Shown here one piece after another: positions 62,432-64,000 of a stretch of DNA of 64,000 nucleotides (positions are counted from its first letter, which is position 1; every line of letters starts with the position of its first letter). The notes below the pieces were generated by a model, which did no database searches, was not told where the DNA came from, and saw nothing but the letters and a program-made list of their open reading frames with translations. The DNA lies in the IMG/VR virus record IMGVR_UViG_3300005259_000074, positions 32,001-96,000 of that record, one strand, 5' to 3'. The stretch is from a virus (taxonomy: Duplodnaviria; Caudoviricetes). Made by a program: the position numbers and the translations under genes.

Positions 62432-62742
62432 GATACGCAATGGAGCAGACACTCAGGAAGTACTGCGATAAGACGGATTTTGGCATCATCCGTAAGACGA
62501 TAGCCGAGGTCGGAGCCCTCCACGGTTTCGGACATGGGACGGGAAAGATCTACTCGGTCCGTAAAGCGCTGGAAGACGCCAGCATACAGCCACCGCCGGT
62601 AGAATCTCTCGACGCCCTCATAGCGGTCGCCATCAACATCATTCGCGACACGGACCACGAACTGGCAGCTCGGTTCCAGAGCTACGACCTAGACGAGATC
62701 ACCACCGACGAATTCACCAAGAACATGAGGGACGGAAAGTGA
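62428..62742 (+). CDS. hypothetical protein
   Basis: GTGA overlaps. Confidence 0.65.
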   Translation: MRYAMEQTLRKYCDKTDFGIIRKTIAEVGALHGFGHGTGKIYSVRKALEDASIQPPPVESLDALIAVAINIIRDTDHELAARFQSYDLDEITTDEFTKNMRDGK

Positions 62743-63155
62743 AGACAGAAAACGTGCTGACTTTGCTCAAGAAGGTGGGGACTCCTGATGACGTGCTCAA
62801 TAAGATGAGGCTCGACATACTGAGTGACGGCGTTGAACCAGTCTTAGAGGGCTTCTTGGAGAAATTGAACCACGACGAGATCAAAAAACTCTGTTCTTCC
62901 ATCCGGACTTCTTACAGAGGCACGGTCAATTTCATACCGATTATCATCACAATGTTGAAAAACTTCTCGTCAGCCTACCCTGATCTGGACATGCGAGTTC
63001 TCATCGAGAAGACTGAGCGCGCGCGCGATAAAAAGGAATTTTTGAAAGAATTGCGCGAGGTAATGAACTTACCTCTTCAAGACAAAGCAAAGAATGACGC
63101 CGCTCGTCGGAAGTTCTTGTCTGAGCACTTCGCGAACATAATGAATGAAGAGTAG
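62739..63155 (+). CDS. hypothetical protein
   Basis: GTGA overlap. Confidence 0.65.
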   Translation: MKTENVLTLLKKVGTPDDVLNKMRLDILSDGVEPVLEGFLEKLNHDEIKKLCSSIRTSYRGTVNFIPIIITMLKNFSSAYPDLDMRVLIEKTERARDKKEFLKELREVMNLPLQDKAKNDAARRKFLSEHFANIMNEE

Positions 63156-63158
63156 GAT

Positions 63159-63598
63159 GTGGTGAAGCGGGAAAACGAGTGTTTCGACGTGGACGATCAC
63201 TGGGACGATGAAGTGAACAACTGTGGTTGTCGTTTCGATAAGAGGTTCTCCCGCTGCCTATTCTACTCGCCAGAGGATGCGGTGTACGACGACTGTAGGT
63301 GGTTTGACGGTTATAGGTACTGCCGAAACCCAGAAGCGATACGCAACAAGAACTTATACAGAGCGATTGACGAAATATGATGACCACTAAAAAGAACATG
63401 TGTTGCGATACTGATGACGTCTTAGGAGGTATGCAGAACTGGTGCGCTGCTACGTCTAGAGGACACCTACAATCGGAGTGCAAGTTCTATGGAAAACTTG
63501 CAACTGGATCGTGCTACTGGCGAGACAGATCTGCAATGTGCACTAACCCACTGGCGATAGAAGACAAAGACCTGACTAACGCACTGGAGAAAATATGA
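63159..63598 (+). repeat. Cys-rich mini-protein pair (63159..63380, 63377..63598)
   Basis: Skeleton; tails RAIDEI, ALEKI. Confidence 0.8.
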
Positions 63599-63615
63599 AC
63601 ACTAGGAGGACGACA

Positions 63616-64000
63616 GTGGAATCTCACATGAAAGCGACTAGCAAGATGCTAGCAAAGAGGCTGAACAAGACGGCAGAGCTCGCCGAAGACCTCAGGAAGG
63701 AACGCGACATCCTCAGAAGGGGACTGCTCCTGTCGCTCTTGCTGTCCGTCAAGTGGTCTACGAACAAGAAGTCCAACTTCGACCGGCGGAACTCGTGGGA
63801 GGCCAAGATAGGCAGAGAAGCTATCCCGAGGACTGACCTCCGGAAACACGAGACGTTCGGCTACGACTCCGATAGACACGAGGAGACTTCGAAGACTCAC
63901 GTCTTCGTGTGGACTCAGTGCGCTGACGAAGACGGGATCGTGCTCGTCTGCTCTGACATCTCCAGCGAAAAGAAAGTGCGCGCTATTCTCCGACAGCACT
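63616..64000 (+). CDS. hypothetical protein, runs off the window
   Basis: AGGAGG RBS, GTG start, open to the end of the sequence. Confidence 0.6.
   Translation, partial: MESHMKATSKMLAKRLNKTAELAEDLRKERDILRRGLLLSLLLSVKWSTNKKSNFDRRNSWEAKIGREAIPRTDLRKHETFGYDSDRHEETSKTHVFVWTQCADEDGIVLVCSDISSEKKVRAILRQH

Noticed and set aside
488-63598. Cys-rich ORFs as secreted bacteriocins or knottins
   Set aside because: There are no signal or double-glycine leaders and no transporter in the window, and the acidic tails are unlike typical antimicrobial peptides.
1-64000. CRISPR array, tRNA or rRNA genes
   Set aside because: No identical direct repeats with spacers and no cloverleaf or rRNA signatures were seen in the few intergenic gaps (visual inspection only).

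Overview
This is a 64 kb segment of a large T4-like (myovirus, probably jumbo) dsDNA phage genome, read in the standard genetic code. Recognisable core genes are the major capsid protein (gp23), scaffold (gp22), a short gp67-like prohead protein missed by the ORF track, tail tube (gp19), tail sheath (gp18) and a clamp-loader ATPase (gp44/RFC). Accessory enzymes include a DinG/XPD-type helicase, an RlmN-like and a second radical SAM enzyme, an OpgB/LTA-synthase-like sulfatase-fold protein, a GNAT acetyltransferase, a nucleoside deoxyribosyltransferase-like protein, a DUF262 protein, a cREC receiver-like protein and a Hef-like homing endonuclease. The dominant feature is a family of about 100 (manual count) highly diverged 60-130 aa Cys-rich mini-proteins. 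They sit in long arrays chained by 4-nt ATGA/GTGA overlaps, and nearly all end in the same C-terminal tag, (K/R/A)-(L/M/I)-(E/D)-x-(I/L/V/M)-stop. That tag is also found on at least 17 unrelated proteins. Two other portable, N-terminal tags recur: MSKF(Q/D)(E/D)L(Y/F)E (9 copies, beside head genes) and MKxRxGFVSNSSSSSF (6 copies). No tRNA, rRNA, CRISPR array, integrase or reverse transcriptase was seen. All family assignments come from motif recognition; no database search was run.
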